A stretch of DNA of 55,579 nt from Streptomyces sp. (GCF_035563135.1 NZ_DATMVN010000785.1:1-55579), one strand, 5' to 3'. Counted from the stretch's first letter, positions 20,429 through 29,929 are shown. Translations and numbers: made by a program. Notes: generated by a model from the letters alone, not told the origin.

Positions 20429-20593
20429 GCCCCGGAACCGGCCACGGCCGTACGGGACGCCGCCGCAGGCTTCCCGACAGCCGCCCGGGAGGCGGCTGCC
20501 GCGTCGCTGTCTCCCACATCGTGCAGCCGCGACGCCTGGAAGCGAGCAACCGCTGGAGAGTCTGTGCGACAAGACCGTGTGTACGCTCAAGAG

Positions 20594-20929
20594 ATGCTGA
20601 CCATCGCCGCCGACATCGAGGTGCTGGCCAGGTTCGGCCGCGCGCTCGCCGATCCGATCCGCTGCCGTGTCCTGCTGCTCCTGCGGGAAGCGCCCTCGTA
20701 TCCCGCCGATCTGGCGGAAGCCCTGGGTGTGTCCCGGACCCGGCTGTCGAACCATCTCGCGTGCCTGCGGGACTGCGGCCTCGTCGTGACCGTGCCGGAC
20801 GGGCGCCGTACACGGTACGAGATCGCCGACGAGCGCCTCGGCCACGCCCTCGACAATCTGCGCACCGCCGTGGTCGCGGTCGAGACCGACCGCACCTGTG
20901 GGAACACCGAAGCCGAGGGCCGCCGCTGA
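20594..20929 (+). CDS. cmtR: ArsR/SmtB regulator, CmtR-like Cd/Pb sensor
   Basis: 111 aa; ALADPIR, SNHLACLRDCGLV; Cys at 24, 57, 61 and 102 as in CmtR. Confidence 0.85.
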   Translation: MLTIAADIEVLARFGRALADPIRCRVLLLLREAPSYPADLAEALGVSRTRLSNHLACLRDCGLVVTVPDGRRTRYEIADERLGHALDNLRTAVVAVETDRTCGNTEAEGRR

Positions 20930-20956
20930 CGGCTGCGCGGCCGTAGGGCGGACCGT

Positions 20957-21682
20957 CTACCTGCAGCAGCCGCACCCGGGCGGGCAGTCGCCACACCCAG
21001 TCTCCGTCCCGACGCCTGCGGAGGGCACCACAGCGGCGGTGGGCACGCAGCAGCCCTTGCCCCGCCAGGCGTCCCGGCCTTCCTTGACGGCGACACCGGC
21101 GATGGCGAGGGCGGCGATGGGATCGGCCCAGGACCATCCGAGGGTGGCGTTGAGCACCAGGCCGCCCAGAAGCACGGCGGACAGGTAGGTGCACAGGAGG
21201 GTCTGTCTGGAGTCAGCGACGGCCGAGGCGGAGCCGAGTTCGCGGCCGGCCCTGCGCTGGGCCGCGGACAGGAACGGCATGACCGCGAGTGACAGGGCGG
21301 CGATGACGATGCCGGGAACGGAGCGTTCGGCTTCCCCGGTACCGGTCAGGGTGCGGACCGCGTCGAAGGCGACGTAGGCGGCGAGCATGAAGAAGGAGGC
21401 TGCGATGACCCGCAGGGTGTGTCGCTCGCGGGCTTCACGCACTGCGTGGTCGGAGGCGGAGAACTGCCAGGCGACGGCCGCTGCGGAGGACACTTCGACA
21501 ACCGAGTCGAGGCCGAAGCCGATCAGGGCGGTCGAGGCGGCGATGGTCCCGGCGGTGATCGCGACGACCGCCTCGATGACGTTGTAGATGATGGTGGTGG
21601 CGACCAGCAACCGTATGCGACGGGTGAGCGCTTCCTGTCGCCCGGACGAGGGGCCGACGAACATGGATACGTTGGCGGTCAT
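20957..21682 (-). CDS. Cation diffusion facilitator-type metal exporter (CmtR-linked)
   Basis: YNVIEAVVAI, GFGLDSVVE, ADSRQTLLC, WADPIAAL; Cys-rich tail GCC...CGDCPPGCGCCR. Confidence 0.85.
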   Translation of the reverse strand: MTANVSMFVGPSSGRQEALTRRIRLLVATTIIYNVIEAVVAITAGTIAASTALIGFGLDSVVEVSSAAAVAWQFSASDHAVREARERHTLRVIAASFFMLAAYVAFDAVRTLTGTGEAERSVPGIVIAALSLAVMPFLSAAQRRAGRELGSASAVADSRQTLLCTYLSAVLLGGLVLNATLGWSWADPIAALAIAGVAVKEGRDAWRGKGCCVPTAAVVPSAGVGTETGCGDCPPGCGCCR

Positions 21683-21684
21683 GG

Positions 21685-21889
21685 TCAGCAGCACCCCTTC
21701 TCGCAGGCGTCCGCGCACGTCCGGTCGTACCGTGTACGGCGCCCGTCCAGCACGGTCACGACGAGGCCGCAGTCCCGCAGGACCGCGAGATGGTTCGACA
21801 GCCGAGCCCGGAAGACACTGAGAGCATCGTCGAGGACGGCCGGTGGCCGGACCTGGCCGGCCCTCGATGTCGAAGGCAACGGTCAGCAC
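21685..21889 (-). pseudogene. Internally deleted, frameshifted cmtR copy
   Basis: Pieces VLTVAFDIE / RARLSNHLAVLRDCGLVVTVLDGRRTRY / DRTCADACEKGCC align to 20594-20929 with segments missing. Confidence 0.85.
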
Positions 21890-21909
21890 GTCATGAGAGT
21901 ACATGACAT

Positions 21910-21921
21910 CCTGAATTCAGG
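21910..21921. promoter_or_regulatory. Palindrome CCTGAATTCAGG at the promoter of the cmtR(pseudo)-CDF operon
   Basis: 12-bp perfect palindrome just upstream of a TACTCT -10-like hexamer on the minus strand. Confidence 0.4.
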
Positions 21922-22025
21922 TAACTGTGGATCAAGTTGACGGTTGCGGTGACCGTCGCTCGGGTGTCGGTGCGCGGGCGACCGTGCATACTGAAATCGA
22001 AGCAGTGCATTTTTCGATATCGCAG

Positions 22026-22040
22026 CGAAAATCATTCTCG
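22026..22040. promoter_or_regulatory. Zur-box-like site
   Basis: CGAAAATCATTCTCG matches 12/15 of the Streptomyces Zur consensus TGAAAATNATTTTCA (recalled); it lies upstream of the His-rich gene. Confidence 0.55.
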
Positions 22041-22174
22041 ATAGCGCGCCGTGTCATTATCCGATTCGTCGATGTGTGTTCTCCGTGGTGGCCTTTATTG
22101 TCAGGGTGAAGCCGCGAAGAGCACTGGAGGACGCCGCGAATGGGCAGTGGACCGAATTCAAGGAGATGAGTGCA

Positions 22175-22477
22175 GTGGCGACACCCTTGCAACATCAGCC
22201 GCATCCCGGGCACAGCCATACGCACGGCGAGAGCTGCGGCCACGTGGCAGTGCCTCACGGCGATCACATCGACTACGTGCACGACGGGCATCTGCACCGT
22301 GAGCACGACAGTCACGCGGATGAGTGCGAGATCGGCGGGCACCGTCAGCACGCAGAGCATGCTCACGTGCATGGCGAGGGCTGTGGGCACGTGGCGGTGC
22401 CCCACGATGATCACATCGACTACGTGCACGACGGCCACCGTCATGCGGCTCACGAAGGACACTGGGACGACCACTGA
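22175..22477 (+). CDS. Small His-rich tandem-repeat protein, putative metal-binding
   Basis: RBS aaggag at 22160-22165; two copies of HxHxHGExCGHVAVPHxDHIDYVHDGHxH. Alternative ATG at 22166. Confidence 0.8.
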   Translation: MATPLQHQPHPGHSHTHGESCGHVAVPHGDHIDYVHDGHLHREHDSHADECEIGGHRQHAEHAHVHGEGCGHVAVPHDDHIDYVHDGHRHAAHEGHWDDH

Positions 22478-22510
22478 CTGCTTGGTGCAGACTCCCGTTC
22501 CCAGAAATTA

Positions 22511-22541
22511 GAAATGCATCCCGGCGTCCGGGGTGCATTTC
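22511..22541. terminator. Hairpin between convergent genes
   Basis: gaaatgcatcccgg-cgt-ccggggtgcatttc, a 14-bp stem with one G-U pair. Confidence 0.65.
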
Positions 22542-22594
22542 GGGTACTTCCGCAGCCCAGGGAAAGGGCCCGGCGGGGGATGGCTGCTCGTTTC

Positions 22595-22760
22595 TCACCG
22601 GCTTGAGTATGGCAGCAGCGCCATCTCACGAGCGTTCTTGATCGCCCTGGCGATCTGCCGTTGCTGCTGGGCCGTGACGCGGGTGACGCGGCGGCTGCGG
22701 ATCTTGCTGCGGTCGGAGATGAACTTCCGCAGCAGATCGGTGCCCTTGTAGTCGATGTGA
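22595..22760 (-). pseudogene. rpsR: 5'-truncated ribosomal protein S18 (resembles the Zn-independent paralogue)
   Basis: [53 protein letters not shown]; no start codon, N-terminus replaced by transposase DNA. Confidence 0.85.
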
Positions 22761-23670
22761 TCGCCCGTCGGCTCTACCTGCCCGAGCACTCCTGGTCCGG
22801 TGATCCCGAACGCCGCACCACGGCCGGGATGCCCGAGACGGTGCGGTTCACCACCAAGCCCCGTCTGGCCTCGGAGATGATCGCCGCGGCGCTGAACGCC
22901 GGCATCAACGTCTCCTGGGTGACCGGCGACGAAGCCTACGGCCAGGACCCCCGGCTCCGCGCCGCCCTGGAAACACGCGGTACCGGCTACGTGATGGCCG
23001 TCGCCTGCTTGATGCGGGTGCGGATCAACCACGGCCGCACACCCATCCGCGCGGACACCGTCGCCGGCCGCCTGCCCGCTACGGCCTGGCAGCCCTACAG
23101 GGCCGGAAACGGTGCGAAAGGCCCGCGGTACTACGACTGGGCCTGGATCCACATCGGCACAGACAGCCACCGGCACCTGCTCATCCGACGCAACCGGACC
23201 ACCGGCGAACTCGCCTTCTACCTGTGCTGGTCACCAACCGACGTGCCCCTGTCCGAACTGGTCCGCGTCGCCGGTATCCGCTGGAGCGTCGAGGAGTGCT
23301 TCCAGGCAGCCAAGGGCCAGGTCGGACTCGACCATTACCAGGTCCGCAACTGGACCGCCTGGCACCGGCACATCACCCTCGCCATGCTTGCCCTGGCCTC
23401 CTTGACCGCCCTCGCCGCCGACGCGGCCCCCGAACGGCCCCATGACGCACACCACCCCGTCCCCAGCCACGATCCGATCACGCTGACCGTCCCGGAGATC
23501 CGACACCTACTCGCCGCGGTCCTCGGCCCACCAGCCGCGACCGTGACCAGACTGCTGCACCGGTCCAACCGGCGTCGGCGCCACCAGGCAACAGCCCGGC
23601 ACAGCCACTACCGACGACGAGCCGCCGACGAACCCGCTGGATAGATCACGAAACCGCACTGGAGTACTAG
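22755..23670 (+). mobile_element. IS701-family element, 3' half
   Basis: [50 protein letters not shown]; ends ...ctggagtactag. Confidence 0.85.
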
Positions 23671-23826
23671 AACTCTCTTTGATCGGGGCTGCTCGGCCCG
23701 CGGGCTCTGTCCCTCTTGCGAGCTACGCGGAAGTGTCCACCGCGTGGTGACGATTCGAGGGCGGCGGATCCATAGCGTTGCGCACAGCCGCGGCGCTCCG
23801 GCTGCGGATTCGGCGGAGGAGTTCTG

Positions 23827-24264
23827 GTGAGACTGGTATGGCAGCTTGTGGCCGTCACAGCCATCGCCCTCATCGGCGGTCAGGGGATCGCCGCGGTGCA
23901 TGAGGGCAACCCCTGGCTCACGCTCGTCCTCGGCGTCCTGACGGCTGTGCTCGCAGTGTTCGTTTACGGGTGGGTGGTACGCCGGACCGAGCGCCGCCCG
24001 GCCACGGAGGTGGCCGGGAGGGGGGCCGGGGCCGCGCTCGGCGTGGGGACGCTGATCGGCTTGGCGGTGTTCGGGCTTGTCATCCGGCAACTGGCCACCA
24101 ACGGGTACTACGAGGTCAACGGCTGGGGCTCGACGACCGGAGCGGTAGGGCTCGTCGGTTTCATGGCCGCCGCCGTGGCGAAGGCGACCAAGACTTCTGC
24201 GTTCACGTTGTGGCGTCCTCAGGCGGTAGGGGAGCGGCAGTTCTGGCGTTCGGTACCGACGTGA
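23827..24264 (+). pseudogene. Truncated CPBP/Abi (CAAX protease-like) membrane protein
   Basis: Good RBS (ggagga) and hydrophobic helices ending at GFMAAAV, just before the expected EExxxR motif, which is absent. Confidence 0.55.
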
Positions 24265-24356
24265 GGCGGATCCCCCCCGCTTGTCTGCGCCCACGGCCAC
24301 GGCTCATGCCCTTCGTCTCGTGGTCTTCCGCACCCTTCAGCACCATGGAGATCTAG

Positions 24357-24877
24357 ATGCGTTCGCGCCTTGTCGCCCGTTCCGCCCGCCTGGCCCTCGC
24401 CGCGGACGCCGCGCTGGCCCTCACCGGCGCCGTGACGGCCGCCGCCACGGCCGTCAGCCGCAGCACCACCGCACCGGCCTGCGTAACCGACGACCTGACC
24501 TTCACGGTCACCGAGGAGACGCAGGCGGGCGGCTGCCTCTTCCTCACCGCCAAGGCCAAGCCCGGTGTCTCCTGCACCCTGGGGGGCGTCTTCCCCTCCG
24601 CGTCCTTCGGCTCCTCCCCGACAGTGCCGTGTCGCCCGCCGAGCACGCTGTCAGCGAGAGCATCATCCTCGAAGGCTCCACCACCGCTTACGCCGGCATC
24701 AACCCCAAGATCACCAACGACGACTTCGGCTGGGAATCCGACCAGCTCCACCTCTCCGTCGCCGGCGACGAAGTCAACTCCATCACCCTCGACCTCCCCA
24801 ACACCGTCCTGGTCGACCAGCCGATCGCCACCAACTGGCACGCCGACCCCGCCGACGCAGTCCCCTTCTCCATCTGA
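24357..24877 (+). pseudogene. Secreted DUF4232-like protein, frameshifted
   Basis: Signal-peptide-like start, PACVTDDL, SCTLGG in one frame; TAYAGINPK...PIATNWHADPADAVP continues in another frame. Confidence 0.55.
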
Positions 24878-25689
24878 CGCACTTCTCCGGCCGATCAGCT
24901 GACCTTCTTCACCAGCTGACCTGCTTCTCCGGTCGGCCTCCGCCCGGGGGCGCCTGCGCACAGAGAAGCCGTTGGGGACTCCCGCCCCACGGACCCTCAC
25001 CGGTGGTCTGTCGGGAGTCGGCGTATGGATGCCTACCGCTCGATGCGTCAGCCCGTACACCGGCCTCCCTTCACCTCACACGCGCACCAACTCCCGGTCC
25101 TCGTCGGAGCCCTTCGGCCCGCCCTTGCCGTCCTGGGACGGAGGGCGATCATCGTTCGGTGTGGGGTTTTCCGATCTTGAGTCGGTCGATGGGGTCCGAG
25201 ACGGCCGTTCCGGCGGATGCGCTGGAGTATGTCGCGGGGAATGACGGTGCCGCGTTCGTATGTGCCGGCGAGGAACTCTTCGAGGTTCGGTTCGGTGTCG
25301 ATGTCGTCGGCGGAGGTGATGGCGGGTGAGGAACGTCCGCACCGGCTGGCGACGCGGGGTGAGAACCGGCGAGCAGAGAGCCTCCCGTACGAGGCGGCGG
25401 TGAACGCCGAAATAGATCGTGAAGGACAGACGTGAACAAGTGGTTGGATGAGTTCAAGAGACGTCGGCAAACACCGCCGTCCTGTTAAGCGCACGGCGGA
25501 TCGCCCTGCCGTGAAGCCCCTCCCTCTGCTGCCGTTCCGCGAGTGCCATCCAGAGTGGGCACTAGCTCCAATGACATGTCGCCGACCGTTGCATGACACA
25601 GAGGGTAATTTTTTCCGGCCCGGTTCAAGCCATGACGAACCTGGCGCCTGTTGTTCCTCGTTTCCCCGACTCACGCAAGGTAAAACTAC

Positions 25690-26541
25690 GTGACCATTAC
25701 GTGGCTGGACCAACCCTCTCAGAAATTCGTTGTGGAAGAACATGTCGCTGGACACGACAGCGGCACCTGGACATACCAATTGTCGGACCAGTGGTTCGGC
25801 ATCGTCACGCCAATACGAGGTGTGTGTCAAATTGAACGTCGAGACGATCACGGTTGGCGGCGAACCACGCTCACGCCTGGAGAGGTCTGCCGGGTCGCGC
25901 CCAACAACCTGATCCGGCTCAGCAGGACATCGCCCAGACGTCTCCCATTCGAAGTCGTTTATATCCAGCTTTCCGTAGAATTCCTTCAGCGAGCACTGGA
26001 AACACACAGCACCGCTCCTGTCCGTGATGTTTCGGAATTACAGACACTGCGCGCCTTCGATCCACATGTTGCATCCATGGCGCAAACTCTACTTCACGCC
26101 CGAAAGACAGGTGCAGGAGAGCGCTATGCCCTGAGCGCAGCCCACTACCTGGCCGAATACCTGCTCCATCCATTCAGTTCCGCATCGCCGGGAACGGGAG
26201 GTTTCAGCCCGGAACAAATGCTCACACTGCGGGCCTACATGGAGATGCGCTTGTCCGAGAACATCACACTCGACCAGTTGGCCAGAGAAGCACGTCTCAG
26301 CCGGTACCACTTCCTGCGCCGATTCTCTGTCACCACGGGAAAGACGCCCATGCGGTACTTGACCGGGTTACGCATCGACGCTGCCCGCCATTTGCTCACA
26401 GCGGGCAGCGACCCCATATCCCAGGTCGGCAGGCTCTGTGGTTTTCCGAATCCGGAGAACTTCGCGCGGGTGTTCAGGAAGCACATGGGCTGCTCACCCT
26501 CGGAGTACCGGCAGCGAGGGCAGTGTCCGCCCTCTCCTTGA
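25690..26541 (+). CDS. AraC-family transcriptional regulator
   Basis: ITLDQLAREARLSRYHFLRRF...GF...NFARVFRKHMGCSPSEYR; two in-frame TTA codons. Confidence 0.9.
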   Translation: MTITWLDQPSQKFVVEEHVAGHDSGTWTYQLSDQWFGIVTPIRGVCQIERRDDHGWRRTTLTPGEVCRVAPNNLIRLSRTSPRRLPFEVVYIQLSVEFLQRALETHSTAPVRDVSELQTLRAFDPHVASMAQTLLHARKTGAGERYALSAAHYLAEYLLHPFSSASPGTGGFSPEQMLTLRAYMEMRLSENITLDQLAREARLSRYHFLRRFSVTTGKTPMRYLTGLRIDAARHLLTAGSDPISQVGRLCGFPNPENFARVFRKHMGCSPSEYRQRGQCPPSP

Positions 26542-26589
26542 ACGCCGACATGTGACGACGGGCCATGACCCCAGCGAACACGGTGGTGG

Positions 26590-26800
26590 AGACAACTGGT
26601 CACCAGCAGTCACCGATCGTGTGGGACGACATCGACTTCGCCTTCCGCCCCTACGATCCGTGGCTCGCCTACGCACAGTCCGAGACCGCCAACGTCCTGT
26701 TCGCGGTGGAGGCGACCCGCCGCTGGGCCGACGACAACATCACCGCCAACGCCCTGATGCGGGGCGCCATTTACACGAACCTGCAGCGGCACACCGCAGG
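26590..26800 (+). pseudogene. Short-chain dehydrogenase fragment
   Basis: YDPWLAYAQSETANVLFAVE (YxxxK changed to YxxxE), ANALMRGAIYTNLQRH; no Rossmann N-terminus. Confidence 0.7.
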
Positions 26801-26819
26801 CCGAGGTAGCAGACGCGTC

Positions 26820-27220
26820 CCCGTGCTGGTCAGCGTCTGTGCCTGGCGCGCGTTGCCGCCATGCTTCGGGATATCGAAGTCGACGGCCCATCGCAGGTTC
26901 GGGATCTGGTAGCGGGCCGGCGTGTGGGGCCGACTGCACGGGGAGATCGTGCACCGGCTCTACGACGCCAGCCTGCTCGACCTGTCGCGCGCTGTTCTCG
27001 ACTCCGCCCACGTGCGCGCTGAAAAGGGGGCGAACACACAGGTCCGAGCCCCGTGGACCGGGGCAAGCCGGGCTCCAAGATGAACGTCCTGTCGGACGCG
27101 AAGGGACTGCCCCTGGTCGTCGGTGTCTCCGCGGCCAACGTCCACGACAGTCTCGCGCTGAAGCCCATGGTCGCCGGTCACCAAACGAGGCACGACCCAC
27201 ACCGCGGCCGGTACTCCACC
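26820..27220 (+). mobile_element. IS5-family transposase remnant
   Basis: CAWRALPPCFGISKSTAHRRF, premature TAG at 26910, LDSAHVRA, aaaaggggg frameshift region, VDRGKPGSKM, AANVHDS. Confidence 0.85.
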
Positions 27221-27574
27221 ATGCCCCAGCGGCAGTGCTTCCGCCCCTATGCCCGGCCGACGCTGACGCTCGTCCAGATGCGGCAACAACACCTGGAACT
27301 TCGCAGCCAGGGCGGCCTCGATCCCCTCCCGTACCAGAACAAATAGTCCTACAGCCGGAAGGTACGACTTGTTGCCCGGCGAGCCCTTGACGACCGCACC
27401 CCACCGAAGAAGCGAGGCTAAATTCGAAGAAGACCCAGAACAGGCTGTTGTCGATTATTGCCCGATGCTCGATCAATATTGCTGCGTCATCTGCCGTCGT
27501 CGATTCGGCTGTTAAGGTCACGGAGTGCGATGCCGGGCAACTCCGTGACAGCGAAGGTGATTTCCTTGGTGGAA

Positions 27575-28777
27575 ATGCGAGCAGGGTTCGACTATGACAG
27601 CCATGACCCGGCGATAGCGGTGGATCCGTTTTCGACCTATGCGAAACTCCGCGAATCCTGCCCGGTGCAGTGGAGCCGGGCCTGGGACGGCTATTGGGTC
27701 GCGACCGGCCACCGTGAGGTCTCCTCGGCGGCCCGCGATGCCCGGACTTTCCAAACCGCGCAGGACAGGGCGGACGGTACGGTGCAGGGGGTGACCATTC
27801 CCTCACTCGGGCAGAGCAACCGGATGATACCGCTGGAACTCGACTCGCCGGAGTGCCTGAAGTACCGCAAGCTGCTCTCCGTGTTCTATTCCCCGAAGCG
27901 GGTCGCCGCGCGCGCCGGCGAGGTCCGGCAGTTGGCGGCGGCTTGTATCGACGAGGTGATCGAGCGCGGCGAGTGTGACATCGTTCTGGCGATGACCGAG
28001 AAGCTGCCCAGTATTCTGACCATGCGGGACATCGGGCTGCCGGAGGAGCGGTGGTTCGACATTGACTCCTTGCTCTACCGGGCGCTCTTCGCCGCTCCGC
28101 ACGATCCGTCGACAGCCCGCGAATGCGCGCAACTGATCTGCCTGGAGCTGGTGGAAGCACTCGACGCGCAACGGGACGGCGACAAGCGGGGGCTGCTCGG
28201 GCACCTGGCGACCTGTGAGGTCGACGGAGCACCGGTACCGGACGATGACATCGTCTCGATGATGTATTTGCTGTTGCTCGGCATCCATCCGACGTCAAGC
28301 CTGACCGCGATCGCGCTCCGTACCCTCGCCCAGCAACCCGAGCTGCGGTCCCGGCTGATGTCCGACCGCTCGATGATCCGCACCGCCGTGGACGAGTTCC
28401 TGCGGTGGGTCTCGCCCGTTCAAAGCACGGGCCGGATTGCCGCCGAGGACGTCGAACTCGGCGGGCAGCACATCACCCGGGGCGAGCAGGTGTTGCTCGG
28501 GTGGGCCGCGGCGAACCGCGACGATTCCGTCTTCCCGCACTCGGACCGGATCGACCTGAACCGCGACACCGGCCGCCACCTCGCTTTCGGTGCCGGCCAG
28601 CACTATTGCGTGGGCGCGGCCATGGTACGAGAGATGTTCACGGCGATGCTGGAGGAGGTGTTCGACCGGATACCGGACTACACCGTCGCCGATGACGCGG
28701 AGATCGAATGGTTTCCGGATCTGACCCCCGTATACGGGATCAAGGCTCTGCCGATACGGTTCGCGCCCGGCCGATAA
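27575..28777 (+). CDS. Cytochrome P450
   Basis: GYWVATGH, EFLRWVSP, AANRD, heme motif FGAGQHYCVG; atypical I-helix LLGIHPT. Start codon approximate. Confidence 0.88.
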   Translation: MRAGFDYDSHDPAIAVDPFSTYAKLRESCPVQWSRAWDGYWVATGHREVSSAARDARTFQTAQDRADGTVQGVTIPSLGQSNRMIPLELDSPECLKYRKLLSVFYSPKRVAARAGEVRQLAAACIDEVIERGECDIVLAMTEKLPSILTMRDIGLPEERWFDIDSLLYRALFAAPHDPSTARECAQLICLELVEALDAQRDGDKRGLLGHLATCEVDGAPVPDDDIVSMMYLLLLGIHPTSSLTAIALRTLAQQPELRSRLMSDRSMIRTAVDEFLRWVSPVQSTGRIAAEDVELGGQHITRGEQVLLGWAAANRDDSVFPHSDRIDLNRDTGRHLAFGAGQHYCVGAAMVREMFTAMLEEVFDRIPDYTVADDAEIEWFPDLTPVYGIKALPIRFAPGR

Positions 28778-29066
28778 GCCGGGCGGTGTTCATGACCGAG
28801 GAGTCGTCCAGGAAGCCGACGATGGGGATCTCCGTCGCGAAGGCACTGTTCAGCCCTTCAGGATCTGCAGCAGCTGGGCGCCACCCCGGCTGGCGAGCAG
28901 CACCCCGGCCATCCCTACCAGGTGCTGCAGCAACTGACTGCGGCGCTGTTTCCTTGCTGTCCAGGCAACCTCGCCGTACTCCGAAAACACCATGCCGGTA
29001 ACCCAGTTGGAGGACGACGGCATATACGACGACTCAGCCGCGTCCTCCGGTCCGCTCACCATGACG

Positions 29067-29768
29067 TCACTGGGGGATAGGGGGGCCGACGGCTATAGGG
29101 CGACCGTGACAGTGGAGGTCAGCTCCGACTGAGCGTTCAGGGCGCGGAGTCGTGCAGACGTTTCGCGGGTGGTAGGGGGAGGCGTCCAGCTTGGCGAGGA
29201 CGCAGATGGTGGCGGCGTTCGGCAGGATCAACCGGTAGAGCCGCGCTGTCTCCTCGGACAGGCCCGGGCTCTCCGGCCGCGCCTCGGTCACCAGCCGCAC
29301 TCCGGTCCAGGCACCCACGACCAGCCGTGCGATCTCCGCGGGGACCGCGTGCGGCAGCAGCTCGCCGCGCTTCTCGGCCTCCACGAGCAGGTCCTCGAAC
29401 AGGCAGATCCAGTCCGGCCAGCGCGTGCCGCACATGCTGCGTGTCTTGGGGTGGACGGACAGCCGGACGGCCGCACGCAGCATCGGTTCCTGGGGCATCC
29501 GGTGTGCGAGCAGGAGCCCGAGGTCGACCCATTCCTGGAGCTTGTGCGTCTGCGGAACGAGCCCCTCGCGGGTCACGGCCTGGTCGAGCACGCCGCGCGC
29601 CATCGCTTCCTTGGTCGGGAAGTGGAAGTACAGGGCGCCTCGGGTCAGCCCGGTCCGTTCGACGAGTGCGGCGATGGTGGCGGCTTCGTACCCGACCTCG
29701 ATGAACAGGCGCGCCATGGCTTCCGGGATGGCCTCACGCGTACGGATCGCACGCTCCTGACGCGCCGC
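29067..29768 (-). pseudogene. ScbR/ArpA-type gamma-butyrolactone receptor (TetR), probably inactivated
   Basis: ARQERAIRTR, GYEAATI, TRGALYFHFPTKE, KLQEWVD, GELLPH, VGAWTG; GCG stands where the start codon is expected. Confidence 0.75.
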
Positions 29769-29825
29769 TCGGCCGCCCCCGGTCTCTCTCGGCCCTGTCT
29801 GAACATCGAACCGTCGACCATGGGC

Positions 29826-29843
29826 CCACCGAAGGTTCGGTAC
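29826..29843. promoter_or_regulatory. Degenerate ARE-like site ACCG-N6-CGGT
   Basis: accgaaggttcggt at 29828-29841, about 60 bp upstream of the receptor gene. Confidence 0.4.
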
Positions 29844-29881
29844 GGCACCAAGCCCTTCCGGCCGTTCCGGGGGCTGTACTG

Positions 29882-29929
29882 CGGGACGCGGAGCCGGGGC
29901 CGGGGGGATGGCCCCGGCTCCGCGTCCCG
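29882..29929. terminator. Strong hairpin downstream of the KS-ACP-R gene
   Basis: Perfect 20-bp stem cgggacgcggagccggggcc / ggccccggctccgcgtcccg with an 8-nt loop. Confidence 0.8.

Noticed and set aside
22175-22477. His-rich repeat protein as a RiPP precursor
   Set aside because: No leader/core layout and no adjacent maturase; a metal-binding role fits the context better.
22259-22765. 18-bp perfect inverted match ggcgatcacatcgactac (22259-22276 vs 22748-22765)
   Set aside because: Largely explained by shared IDY codons in the His-rich gene and S18 plus adjoining transposase codons; nothing else supports an invertible segment or IS ends.
22595-23176. 193-aa ORF as a real S18 fusion protein
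   Set aside because: Its N-terminal part is the antisense of the IS701 transposase.
25048-25460. Possible minus-strand gene fragment (SADDIDTEPNLEEFLAGTYERG...)
   Set aside because: Looks protein-like, but I cannot assign a family, start or boundaries.
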